In this document: in pieces, positions 30,764 to 40,293 of the stretch
Numbering within the stretch: the first letter of the stretch is position 1
How the letters are laid out: the number at the start of each line of letters is the position of its first letter
NCBI GenBank assembly: GCA_004524445.1
Contig: SDNP01000006.1
Span: 1-64,000 of the forward strand
Origin: Candidatus Thorarchaeota archaeon
GTDB lineage: Archaea; Asgardarchaeota; Thorarchaeia; Thorarchaeales; Thorarchaeaceae
Length of the DNA stretch: 64,000 nt
Direction: 5' to 3'
Notes under the pieces: model-generated
What the model was told of the DNA's origin: nothing
The model's database searches: none
Seen by the model: only the letters and a program-made list of their open reading frames with translations
Program-made: the position numbers and the translations under genes

Positions 30764-32158
30764 CTATTTGAACACGGCCTGTTCGAGAATAAAGTGTACA
30801 GATTCATTCCACTTGTCCAGTTGAGCTGGCGAATTAGGATATTGTGAATATGCAAAGTCCATTTTCTTCATTAAACTCGCAGCTCGTTGAAGTTTTCTCA
30901 AAAGGGTGATATTACCAATTCCTCTCTTGACCCTCCTCATTTTGTCCGTGATGCCCAGTGAAAAGCCCTCTCCACGATTTGCTCCCATCAAGTCTTCAGC
31001 TTCCAGCAATCGCTTTTCAAATCCATAATTCATCTCTTCATCAGTTACATCAGTAAGCAATCGCTTGAAAATTTCTAATGACGCGAGTCTTCTTCCAAAA
31101 TTCGACAGAAACCTTGAGTTGAAATGCCACAAACCATAAGCTGTAAGATTCTTTCTGGCGATGGCTTCTTTTGCGACTTCTCCCAATATTATCCCCGCTC
31201 TCATTCCTGCACCTATGCCTCCTCCATGTATTGGATTTACCATCAATGCGGCATCACCAAGAAAGGCTATGCCATCTGAAACTAGGCTTTTCAATGGTCT
31301 GCGAACAGGCACTGCGCCTCCGCCTCCATCAAGGATTTTGCTGTCACTAAATAGGGGGTACTCCTCTTTGAATGATAGGAATAAGTTCTTGGGAGATCCT
31401 TGTCCCTGGCCACCCGTCACACCTACTCCTGCATTCACACTCGTGTGTCCTTTTGGAAAGATCCAAGAGTATCCATTGGGTGAATAATCTCCGCCAAGAA
31501 AGACACGTGCAACCTCGGACTCCTCAAGCGGCTTGTTGAGACTCAGTATTTCTCTATAGCATAATGCAATATCTCTTTTGTCGATATTCTGTTCTACAAG
31601 TGGGTTATCGATTTTTTTCCGGACAACTCCAGGGAATCCGCTGGCATCAATGACCAGCTTTGAGTAGATATTGATTTCTTCACCAGAAGACGCATCCTTG
31701 CTGTAGACGCCCACTACTCGGTCCCCCCTCATTATGGGGCCACCTACATGTGATTGTGGATGAAACACAACACCCGCGTTTTTTGCCTCTTGAAGGAGGC
31801 GCTGTCCGAACATATAACGATTGACTGTCCAGCCATCGAAGTCAGACCACCCTCTGACATTTAGCACGTTCTCAATATTTGGTGGGTAAACGTCTGCTCC
31901 CGAAATTATGCTGGATATCTCATCGCCACTCGGGTAATCGATTCCTGTTGCATCAAAATGAGATTTGCTGATTTCATCCCCGCATACCTTTTTCCCAATA
32001 TCCGATTCATCCTTTCTGTCCAGCAAGAGAGTCCGTAGGCCCATCTCTGCACACCTTCGTGCAGCAACACAACCGGCGGAACCCGCTCCAACTACGGTAA
32101 CATCAGGACGTATCAAAGTATTTCTAATCTGAAATATTCTACACTCATATAAATCCAA
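30764..32158 (-). CDS. Geranylgeranyl reductase (digeranylgeranylglycerophospholipid reductase family)
   Basis: GAGSAG, CGD, GYSWIFP and GDAA..VNPIHGGGI motifs. The true start is probably somewhat downstream of 32158. Confidence 0.88.
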   Translation of the reverse strand: MDLYECRIFQIRNTLIRPDVTVVGAGSAGCVAARRCAEMGLRTLLLDRKDESDIGKKVCGDEISKSHFDATGIDYPSGDEISSIISGADVYPPNIENVLNVRGWSDFDGWTVNRYMFGQRLLQEAKNAGVVFHPQSHVGGPIMRGDRVVGVYSKDASSGEEINIYSKLVIDASGFPGVVRKKIDNPLVEQNIDKRDIALCYREILSLNKPLEESEVARVFLGGDYSPNGYSWIFPKGHTSVNAGVGVTGGQGQGSPKNLFLSFKEEYPLFSDSKILDGGGGAVPVRRPLKSLVSDGIAFLGDAALMVNPIHGGGIGAGMRAGIILGEVAKEAIARKNLTAYGLWHFNSRFLSNFGRRLASLEIFKRLLTDVTDEEMNYGFEKRLLEAEDLMGANRGEGFSLGITDKMRRVKRGIGNITLLRKLQRAASLMKKMDFAYSQYPNSPAQLDKWNESVHFILEQAVFK

Positions 32159-32261
32159 GCCTAATATCTATCTATATTTGGGTGCCCAGTTCTCAGCCTC
32201 AAGGTCCAATCAGTTTGTCATAACAATTATCAGTAACGCGCGACAGGTAGGCGAGAAGATT

Positions 32262-33572
32262 ATGAATCTCGTTGTTGTTGGCCTTCAGTGGGGTGACGAA
32301 GGAAAGGGAAAGCTTGTTGATGTACTTTCCCAATATTTCGATATCGTTGTTCGTTTTCAAGGAGGGAGCAATGCCGGACATACCGTAAAAACTGGTGATG
32401 AAACTTTCAAACTCCGGATTTTGCCCACAGGTGCTGTTCGGGGAAAGACAGTTGTGATTGGTAACGGTGTCGTTATAGATCCAAAGGTTCTAGCCGAAGA
32501 AACGCATATCCTTCGTCAGAGAGGGAAGGATTTCGAACTGCGAATTTCTGATAGAGCACATATAATAACACCCTACCAAATCGCACTCGACAGACTCCGA
32601 GAGAAACAGAAAGGAAATCAAAAAGTGGGCACCACTAAGCGTGGCATTGGACCAACCTATTCTGATAAGCATGCTCGACTTGGTGTACGAGTTTGTGACT
32701 TCTACCAGAATACTCGGAATAGACAATGGGAACTAATGGAATCCAAGTCGATTGATAGACTGAAGTACCTTCACAACGAAGAGCCAACCCCGGAAATGAT
32801 GAGCGCCTTCTCTGATTATAAGGTGCTGATGGAAGGAATGTCTGAGTATGTCTGCAGCTGCTCTGAATACCTTCTGGATGCAATTGAAGATGGCAAGAGG
32901 ATTTTATTTGAAGGCGCACAGGGTGCATTGTTAGATATCGATCACGGGACTTATCCTTTCGTTACGAGTTCAAATTGCATATCCTCTGCAGCAGCGACGG
33001 GTTCTGGAGTTCCTCCATCCAAAATCAGGGACGTCTTAGGGGTAACAAAGACATACACTACAAGAGTGGGAACCGGGCCCTTTCCAACTGAATTGCAGGA
33101 CGATATCGGACGCAAATTGCAGAAACGGGGAAACGAATATGGTACCGTAACAGGCCGTCCAAGACGATGTGGTTGGCTAGACTTGGTCGCGCTTCGATAT
33201 ACCGTACGTCTGAATGGCGCACAGTATATTGCCGTCACAAAGGCAGATGTATTGTCAGGAATCGAAGAGCTAGATGTCTGTGTGGCATATGAAATTGATG
33301 GATCTGAAACCTACACACTTCCGTCTTGCAACGATTCGTATGATCGTCTTTCGCCTGTCTATAAAACCCTTAGGGGCTGGCCCGAGCCTAAAGGGGGAGA
33401 TTGGAGTGAAATGATTGATGATGGATATGAGAATTTGCCGGGAGAACTAAGGCAATATCTCGAGCAAGCAGCTAGTTATTGCGGTACTGAAGTTGGGATT
33501 GTATCATTGGGACCAGATAGAGATGATACAATCATGACGACGGCTTTTGAAAAGGCGGTCAAACATGTCTGA
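32262..33572 (+). CDS. purA: Adenylosuccinate synthetase
   Basis: GLQWGDEGKGK, GGSNAGHT, EGAQG and TGRPRRCGWLD motifs. Confidence 0.97.
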   Translation: MNLVVVGLQWGDEGKGKLVDVLSQYFDIVVRFQGGSNAGHTVKTGDETFKLRILPTGAVRGKTVVIGNGVVIDPKVLAEETHILRQRGKDFELRISDRAHIITPYQIALDRLREKQKGNQKVGTTKRGIGPTYSDKHARLGVRVCDFYQNTRNRQWELMESKSIDRLKYLHNEEPTPEMMSAFSDYKVLMEGMSEYVCSCSEYLLDAIEDGKRILFEGAQGALLDIDHGTYPFVTSSNCISSAAATGSGVPPSKIRDVLGVTKTYTTRVGTGPFPTELQDDIGRKLQKRGNEYGTVTGRPRRCGWLDLVALRYTVRLNGAQYIAVTKADVLSGIEELDVCVAYEIDGSETYTLPSCNDSYDRLSPVYKTLRGWPEPKGGDWSEMIDDGYENLPGELRQYLEQAASYCGTEVGIVSLGPDRDDTIMTTAFEKAVKHV

Positions 33573-34107
33573 ACTCAATAGCCACTACAGATATGATGAC
33601 TATCCCTATTATGAAAATGAAAATGGGCGGCATCCAATTCAGGAATAGCTCGAAATAGGATAGAATGGTTGATGGGTCAAAAGGATTTGCAGCAAGATAG
33701 CTGCCCACCAATAGAAAGCCATAAACCCCAAAGATGAGATAAAGAATTGGTCCTCCACTGATCACTAAAATGAGAATAATAACAGCTAACCGGCTCTTTG
33801 TAGGATCCAAGAGCGGGATGCCTATGGTTTTCGAGTCCTCGATTTGAAAATAGTAGCTTATTAGCAGAGTTGGCATTCGAACTCGCACAAGCTCTAGTAT
33901 TTGAATTGCCAGTTGGATTGATAATAATGCAGTTGAATGCATTAACATGAATGCTAGGACAAGCCGATTTAGAAAAGGCAGATCGGATGTAAAGAGCTGG
34001 AAACTTTCAATTATTCCAACCAATACAAAGAAGTTCAACGACAATAATACTATGTGTCCAATTACTCCCTTTGCTATTTGCTCATGAGATGGCATCTGCT
34101 TCCCCAC
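33559..34107 (-). CDS. Hypothetical membrane protein (about 4 TM)
   Basis: Hydrophobic ORF 8 nt downstream of the GTPase gene. Confidence 0.7.
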   Translation of the reverse strand: MGKQMPSHEQIAKGVIGHIVLLSLNFFVLVGIIESFQLFTSDLPFLNRLVLAFMLMHSTALLSIQLAIQILELVRVRMPTLLISYYFQIEDSKTIGIPLLDPTKSRLAVIILILVISGGPILYLIFGVYGFLLVGSYLAANPFDPSTILSYFELFLNWMPPIFIFIIGIVIISVVAIEFRHV

Positions 34108-34115
34108 TGATGCTT

Positions 34116-34715
34116 CTAACTGATGTCTCCTGTTGGTGGGCCCTCAATTGCGTGGTCTAAAGAACCCATTTTTCGTTGCTTCTTGATGGCTCTTGCAACA
34201 AGTTCAGAAAATAGTGAGTCTATGTTCTCACCCGTCTTTGCTGAGGTCTCATAGTGAAGAACATCAAGCCATTTTCTAATCATTTCTCCTGATTCAGGTG
34301 GTACAAGTCTGTCTGCTCTGTCAATCTTATTCGCAACAATGGCCACAACGGCATTTGGACATACTGTAATGAATTTCGTGAACCACTCCCCTATATCTAG
34401 AAATGTTTGGGGACGCGTAACATCATACACAATCATTGCCATAGATGCTCCTGCCATGTAGCGTCTTCGCAACTCATTGTATGTGGGTTGACCTGCAAGA
34501 TCCCAAAGAACTACACGTGCTTTCACTGGCTCTGACTCAGGCATATTGACCTCAACAGTCTTTAGCGCGAAAGTTGTTCCTATTGTCATGATATAGCGGT
34601 CGCTGAAACTTCCCTCAGTGTATCTCTTGATACAGCTTGTTTTGCCCACAGCTCCATCACCTAAAGCTACGAGCTTGAACATATGGGATATTTCGTCAGT
34701 CGACACTATGATCAT
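34116..34715 (-). CDS. Rab-like small GTPase
   Basis: G1 GDGAVGKT, G2 TIG, G3 WDLAGQ, G4 NKID, G5 SAK. Confidence 0.93.
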   Translation of the reverse strand: MIIVSTDEISHMFKLVALGDGAVGKTSCIKRYTEGSFSDRYIMTIGTTFALKTVEVNMPESEPVKARVVLWDLAGQPTYNELRRRYMAGASMAMIVYDVTRPQTFLDIGEWFTKFITVCPNAVVAIVANKIDRADRLVPPESGEMIRKWLDVLHYETSAKTGENIDSLFSELVARAIKKQRKMGSLDHAIEGPPTGDIS

Positions 34716-34959
34716 TCCTAGTGTTGATTTATTTCCGAGCTTGTTCCGTTCTCATTTAATGCTTCTGGGAAAGTTACTCGCAGTTAATTTAGATTTTTTT
34801 TCGCTTTTGAGGGTACTTGTAATGTACTCCCCTCGTATAGCCAACTCACCCGTTTGCATAAGGCATCAAAATGTATGTTTTTTCTGGGGGAATTACACAA
34901 CATACCTTTTTTTATTCCAGATGTCAATGTGGACAACGGATAGCAAAAGGTGTCACACC

Positions 34960-35631
34960 ATGGCTGAAGAATTCCTGAATCGGCTTGATCAGATAGAAGA
35001 GAAAATCGAGGGACTTGGAGAAACCCTCAAGAGAATGATCACCATCCTTAGTTCAACAACTGACATAAAAAGCGATGTTCGGGCAGCAAAGGATGATATT
35101 CTGGAAGCAATCTCAACCTCTCAGACAACTGCGGAAGGCTTTGCTGGCATTTCACAAGATGAAGTTCGTAGTATTGTCACTGAGGAATTAGAAAGCTTCT
35201 CCAAACGATTGGATGAAAGATTCCAAACGATTTCTGATAAAATGGTCTCTTCATTTGAAGAGATGATTGCATCAGTTCCTCAACAAGCCCCAAAAACAAC
35301 GGCAGCTGTTCAAGCAAGCCCTCAGGGGGAGGCGACTGTGCCATCAACCAGTTCTATTCCTGGTGACCGCTCTATTAAGGTGGCTGATGAGCTTCAAAGA
35401 ATTCTTGATTCTCTCAAGATGGGCTGTGTTGCTGGTGATGTGCTGGACACGATGACCGAGGCCAAGGAAAATATCATGAAGATTGTTCCATCGGATCCAA
35501 TCATGGTGAAAATTGACAAATGGGCTGCTATAGTCAAGTCCTATAATTTGCGGCATGAACTACAAGCTCGTGACATCTTGAAAATCAAGAATGAACTAAG
35601 GGAAGAAATACCAAAATATGGCCTTAGCTAA
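34960..35631 (+). CDS. Hypothetical coiled-coil protein with a C-terminal helical domain
   Basis: Start at MAEEFLNRLDQIEEK; heptad-rich N-terminus, P/T/S linker, helical C-terminus. The upstream part of track ORF 34618 is spurious. Confidence 0.7.
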   Translation: MAEEFLNRLDQIEEKIEGLGETLKRMITILSSTTDIKSDVRAAKDDILEAISTSQTTAEGFAGISQDEVRSIVTEELESFSKRLDERFQTISDKMVSSFEEMIASVPQQAPKTTAAVQASPQGEATVPSTSSIPGDRSIKVADELQRILDSLKMGCVAGDVLDTMTEAKENIMKIVPSDPIMVKIDKWAAIVKSYNLRHELQARDILKIKNELREEIPKYGLS

Positions 35632-36032
35632 TCCTCTTCTGTGGCTTTTGCTACCAGTTTGAATGTTGCCAAGACTCTGATGATGTCAGATGCGGCAACA
35701 ATTCCAATGATATCATCTCCATCAATCACTGGCAAATGGTGCTTTCCTGTACTATTCATCAACGATATCACCTGTCCAACATCAGAATCCGGTAATACAG
35801 TTACAACAGGACTATGCATAACATCCGCGACTGTTAGTGAACGGTATGTTTCCTCTGAAAGAAGCTGGGCAGATACAATGTCCTGTCTTGTTACCATCCC
35901 TGATAAGACATCATTGCTCGTGATAATCAGGGAACCAATAGCCTCCGCAGCCATCAACTTGGCTGCATCTTCCACTAGTACGTCCTCTTCAGCTGTTACG
36001 ATCATTTCAGTCATGAAGTCTTTTGCCAGCAT
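35628..36032 (-). CDS. CBS domain pair protein
   Basis: KDFMT..IGSL..GMVT and VADVMHSPVVTV..HLPV..GIV. Confidence 0.9.
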   Translation of the reverse strand: MLAKDFMTEMIVTAEEDVLVEDAAKLMAAEAIGSLIITSNDVLSGMVTRQDIVSAQLLSEETYRSLTVADVMHSPVVTVLPDSDVGQVISLMNSTGKHHLPVIDGDDIIGIVAASDIIRVLATFKLVAKATEED

Positions 36033-36074
36033 CTGATTGTCCCCTCGTAGGATTAGGTAGCACTATTCGAAGGT

Positions 36075-36644
36075 TTACATACTCGGTTGCGATTTCTCTT
36101 CAAGATGTTTTCTCATGAGGTCTTCTGCAAGCTTTGAGAATACATCAGTCACTTTCTCACCAGTCTTGGCAGAAGTTTCATAGTATGTAGCTTGAAACCA
36201 ATCTCTCAACATATACCCTGGCTCAACAGGAACCATTCTCTCATCTTCGAGATCTACTTTGTTCGCGCAAATTATGGTGATTGCTTCTGGACAGATTTCT
36301 CGAAATGACTCAAACCAGGTATTCATGGCCATGAAGGTTTCAGGTCGGGTTACATCGTAGACAATGATGGCTCCTGCGGCTCCTTTCATGTACTGCCGAC
36401 GGAGCTCACGGTATGTTGCTTGCCCTCCCATATCCCAAACGACAAGGCGTATCTGCCTCATCTCACCATCAATCTCAGCTTCAACGTCTTTGGAGGCAAA
36501 AGTGGTCCCGATTGTTTGCTTGTATTCCTCTTCAAAGGTATTCTGAGTGTATCTTCTCAAAATCGAGGTTTTTCCTACTGCAGCCTCCCCCAATAAAACA
36601 ACTCTAAACTTGAATCCGTCAAAATCACCGGTCTCTTCTGTCAT
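36075..36644 (-). CDS. Rab-like small GTPase
   Basis: GEAAVGKT, TIG, WDMGGQ, NKVD and SAK motifs. Confidence 0.93.
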   Translation of the reverse strand: MTEETGDFDGFKFRVVLLGEAAVGKTSILRRYTQNTFEEEYKQTIGTTFASKDVEAEIDGEMRQIRLVVWDMGGQATYRELRRQYMKGAAGAIIVYDVTRPETFMAMNTWFESFREICPEAITIICANKVDLEDERMVPVEPGYMLRDWFQATYYETSAKTGEKVTDVFSKLAEDLMRKHLEEKSQPSM

Positions 36645-36767
36645 TTTTCTTCACCAGTGTTCACGAATGGTATATCCATGGGAAGCACCTCTACTGCACA
36701 ATAGCGGTTCACTTCCAGATTCTCTATATTCTTTTATTTCTTCCGTGAAGCAATACCCTTAGTTGCA

Positions 36768-38438
36768 TTAGAGGTCCCAGATGCCTTTTGAAGCTAGTTC
36801 CATCTCAAATCCAATAACCGGTTTTGATAAGTTGAAGTTCTTGAGCACAAGCGGGCCGATCTGACCAAAATAGCCAACAGATTTACCAGCAACTTCAATG
36901 CTCGCATATCTCCCATCGATGAAGGCTGTATCTGTGCTCCGTGTGAACGAAAATTCTTCCTCTAGGCCCAGATTTCTGAGGAGAAAACCTAGCTCATTCA
37001 TCAGAATTGTGAGATTCACTTCACTATCAATGATAACCCCTGCCACTGATGGTACTTGCTTTGTTCGTGTCTCCTTTTCTTTGTCAGGAATGACGATATC
37101 TCCAATCTCGAATATTTTTTGAGGGTAATCGGTATGCTGATTCTGAGAAACAAAGTCCAGCAGGATGGGGAGCAATGAATTCCTAAGAACTGAATAATCC
37201 CTGCTCTTTGGATTAAGCGTACGTACGAGCGCTCTATCCCTGAGCATTTTTTCGTTTAAGATCTCGGGCGAACTGAGAATATAGGACAGTATTTCTTGGT
37301 ATCCTGCTCCGATAAGTAGATCCCTAATCTTGTCCTTCAATCGTGTTGTGGAAAGCAGCTTACCTCTTGTCATCGTTTCTGGCATAGTGGGTTGGATTTT
37401 ATCGAATCCGTACCCAATAGCCACATCCTCAATAACATCTACAACATGCAAAACATCCACTCTATACGGCGGAATTTCCACCTCCACGGTTCCCTTGCCA
37501 ATCGCCTTTCCTCCATACCCCATCTTTCTTAGACATTCTAATACTTGTCTTGTTGTAAGGTCCAGACCTATGAGGCCATGAATTTCTCCAAGACCGAGAT
37601 GCATTTTCGTGGGCTCTAGACTTGGTGTGATAACACGTTTGCCATCGGGATAGTGTACCTCTACTGATTCGATGGTTCCTCCGCGTTCAACCAACGAAGT
37701 GAGCATAATATTGAGAGCTTGGTTGACTGTTGGCAGGTGTGTACCTGTCACTTCTACAAAGATATTCTCTGTTTCTTCTGTTATTCTCCCCAAATCATTG
37801 CTGTTGATGATTGGGGGGAGACTGAGTATCTTATTCTCGTCATCAACCAATAGTGGCCATTTCTTGAACTTCTCAATGATATATCCGAATTCTTGTCCTT
37901 TCTCATGTTTTCGGAGAATCTCCGGAGCCGTCATCGTTTCTTGATTACCCAGTGGGACGAACTCGATCTTTTCTGGTTTTTCTGCATAATACTTGACTGG
38001 AAACTCCAAGTCATCATGGACATAGAGGCCGATTGAGGCATTGCGTCTGTTTCTTCCATGTGTTGAGGTTAATGCCTCCTGTAATCTCATATACTCTTTG
38101 ATCAGTTCACTATGGCTCTGAATACCCTTGACAATTCCACATGAGATATATCTCCTAATTCTTGCGAGCCCTCTCTTTACAATGATTTTCTTCCCCGAGG
38201 CAGCCACAGCATAGCGATGTGGTTCTGTATTGATTCCAATAAATGACTTGATGACTCGGGCTATCCCCTCCGCAGAAAGCATGTCTTGTCTGTCGGGGTT
38301 GATTTCGATCTGGATTTGATTTCCTTTCACATCCTCAACTTCTGCCTTTAGGAGGAAGAGGGTTTCCTCAAGTTCTGACAAACTCATCTTTGTTCCGATC
38401 AATTCAAGCAAGTCATCTATTTTGCATTCCACTATCAT
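36768..38438 (-). CDS. pheT: Phenylalanyl-tRNA synthetase beta subunit (archaeal type)
   Basis: NPDRQDMLS.EG, LSLPPIINS, RVDVLHVVDVIEDVAIGYG, LRNSLLP. Confidence 0.95.
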   Translation of the reverse strand: MIVECKIDDLLELIGTKMSLSELEETLFLLKAEVEDVKGNQIQIEINPDRQDMLSAEGIARVIKSFIGINTEPHRYAVAASGKKIIVKRGLARIRRYISCGIVKGIQSHSELIKEYMRLQEALTSTHGRNRRNASIGLYVHDDLEFPVKYYAEKPEKIEFVPLGNQETMTAPEILRKHEKGQEFGYIIEKFKKWPLLVDDENKILSLPPIINSNDLGRITEETENIFVEVTGTHLPTVNQALNIMLTSLVERGGTIESVEVHYPDGKRVITPSLEPTKMHLGLGEIHGLIGLDLTTRQVLECLRKMGYGGKAIGKGTVEVEIPPYRVDVLHVVDVIEDVAIGYGFDKIQPTMPETMTRGKLLSTTRLKDKIRDLLIGAGYQEILSYILSSPEILNEKMLRDRALVRTLNPKSRDYSVLRNSLLPILLDFVSQNQHTDYPQKIFEIGDIVIPDKEKETRTKQVPSVAGVIIDSEVNLTILMNELGFLLRNLGLEEEFSFTRSTDTAFIDGRYASIEVAGKSVGYFGQIGPLVLKNFNLSKPVIGFEMELASKGIWDL

Positions 38439-38445
38439 TGCGTGA

Positions 38446-39948
38446 TCACCTCAAGAAGTAATTCCTTCTTATCCAGCTCAAATCCCTGCTGTACAGTTCT
38501 CTGATATCACTAATTCCCATGGATGCCATATACAATCGACCCGACCCTATTCCCCATGCGAGGACGCTATCCTTTATTCCCAAGGGGGCTGTAACTTCGG
38601 GTCTGAAGATGCCCCCCGGTGCCACTTCTATCCAGCCAAGTTCCTCATGCTTAGCGAAGCATTCGATGCTCGGTTCGGTAAATGGGAATTGCCCTGGTTT
38701 GAACTTCATTTTCTCTATGCCAACGCTCTCGACAATTTCAGTGATGTAACCCATTAAATCCTTCAGCGTCAAGTTAGCATCCATGATTATTCCTTCGCAC
38801 TGATTGAATTCCATAGCATGACTTGCGCTGAGCTTTTCCGACCTGAAATTTCTGTCAATAATGAACATCTTTTGAGGCGAGAGCCGGTTATCGTGAAGAA
38901 ACCTCATCGAAACGGGGGTGGTATGAGACCTAAGACAGAGTCTTGTTGATACCTCCTTGCTGAATGAGGATTGATATCCCATAGACCCTGTATTGCCCCC
39001 GTCCTCATGAACACTCTTCACTGCTCTGTAATACTTGTTATCAACTATATCTCCATGAGAATACGGCTTATTGACTCTGAACTGGTCCTGAATTTCTCTG
39101 GATACGTGATCTTGCGGTACGAAGAGGGCATCGTTGTTCCAGAATTCAGTTTCCACATATGGGCCAAACCACTCTTCAAATCCTAAACCAATCAGTATTT
39201 CTTTCAGCCAGTCATTGAATTCGGCATACGGGTGTTTTCGACCAAGAAATACTGGGGCTGGGTGTGCCTCTACGTTGAATGGCTTAAATTCAACTTCTTC
39301 CCAGGTACCTTCCATAATCATATCCGGAGTGAGATGAATTACTCCTCCGCCTTTCTCAGAGATTAGGCTTCTTACCATTTCACTGTCAATAATCTCGGCT
39401 TCAAACCTTTTTCTGGTTGACTCTTCTATGAGTGTGCGTGAAAGGGCTTCTTGTTTTGCCTGTTCTAAATCTTCGGGAACATCACCATTCTTGGACAGAT
39501 GGGAAAGGAGTGCCTCTATTTCTGAATCCGCATTCTTTGTGACGGTTTCAAGCACAGTATCCCCATTTTCTTTTCCAATCTTTAGCCAGCCCTTCTTTCT
39601 AGCCCAATTGATTGCAATCCCTTTTTCGCGTGCTGTAAGCCCACCTCTTTCCACCGCATCATCTAAGGTTGCTCTGTCCTGTAACTCCTTAACTGCATTA
39701 AAGAGTCTGATTTCTGGGAGACCATGACTTTCATACTCAAAGCCTTCATCGGTCAGATGATAGGATGGTATTTCTTCAATTTCTAATGAAACCAATTTTC
39801 TTTGGTCAAGCGAATTCAGGATTGAAATTACTCGTTCCTTCTTGTCCCCTGTTCGCTTAGATAACTCCTCCGCACTGACTTTCCCGGAGGTAGCGTGCAT
39901 TTCCTCCAAGACTCGCTGTTCTCCTTCTGTTAGTTGCTGTTTAGCCAT
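38446..39948 (-). CDS. pheS: Phenylalanyl-tRNA synthetase alpha subunit (archaeal/eukaryotic long form)
   Basis: FWNNDALFVPQDH, LRSHTT, FPFTEPS, GIFRPEV, AWGIG. Confidence 0.95.
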   Translation of the reverse strand: MAKQQLTEGEQRVLEEMHATSGKVSAEELSKRTGDKKERVISILNSLDQRKLVSLEIEEIPSYHLTDEGFEYESHGLPEIRLFNAVKELQDRATLDDAVERGGLTAREKGIAINWARKKGWLKIGKENGDTVLETVTKNADSEIEALLSHLSKNGDVPEDLEQAKQEALSRTLIEESTRKRFEAEIIDSEMVRSLISEKGGGVIHLTPDMIMEGTWEEVEFKPFNVEAHPAPVFLGRKHPYAEFNDWLKEILIGLGFEEWFGPYVETEFWNNDALFVPQDHVSREIQDQFRVNKPYSHGDIVDNKYYRAVKSVHEDGGNTGSMGYQSSFSKEVSTRLCLRSHTTPVSMRFLHDNRLSPQKMFIIDRNFRSEKLSASHAMEFNQCEGIIMDANLTLKDLMGYITEIVESVGIEKMKFKPGQFPFTEPSIECFAKHEELGWIEVAPGGIFRPEVTAPLGIKDSVLAWGIGSGRLYMASMGISDIRELYSRDLSWIRRNYFLR

Positions 39949-40032
39949 GTGTCTTCAGAACTCCCACTAGTATTGATTTAGTGATGAAAGATATGGTATG
40001 TATAATGGTGCTTGTATGCAAGAATGAGGCCC

Positions 40033-40062
40033 CTAACGGGCATAATAAAATTGGCGGCACAT
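40033..40062 (-). CDS. Putative leader peptide MCRQFYYAR upstream of pheST
   Basis: AGGTGAAGAAGGT-ATG TGC CGC CAA TTT TAT TAT GCC CGT TAG on the - strand, ending 84 nt before the pheS start. Confidence 0.4.
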   Translation of the reverse strand: MCRQFYYAR

Positions 40063-40293
40063 ACCTTCTTCACCTATTATAATAAATCTTGATTTAGACC
40101 TACCTTTTTAATCTGTCGAACAATGTCATGATTATCCGAAAGATGGCCTGGGGATTTAGAACGCAAAGTAATCCAGGGTCGATGTCATAATGTTAAAAAG
40201 CGGAGTGAGAGGCTCATCATCTAGGTAGTTGCCACGGGTGCCTAGTTCTTGGTATTAGTCATAAGCAACTAGAACAATTACGGATGAATAGAT

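Noticed and set aside
34618-34959. N-terminal extension of the 337-aa track ORF
   Set aside because: It overlaps the GTPase gene antisense and an AT-rich promoter region; the protein-like sequence starts at ATG 34960.
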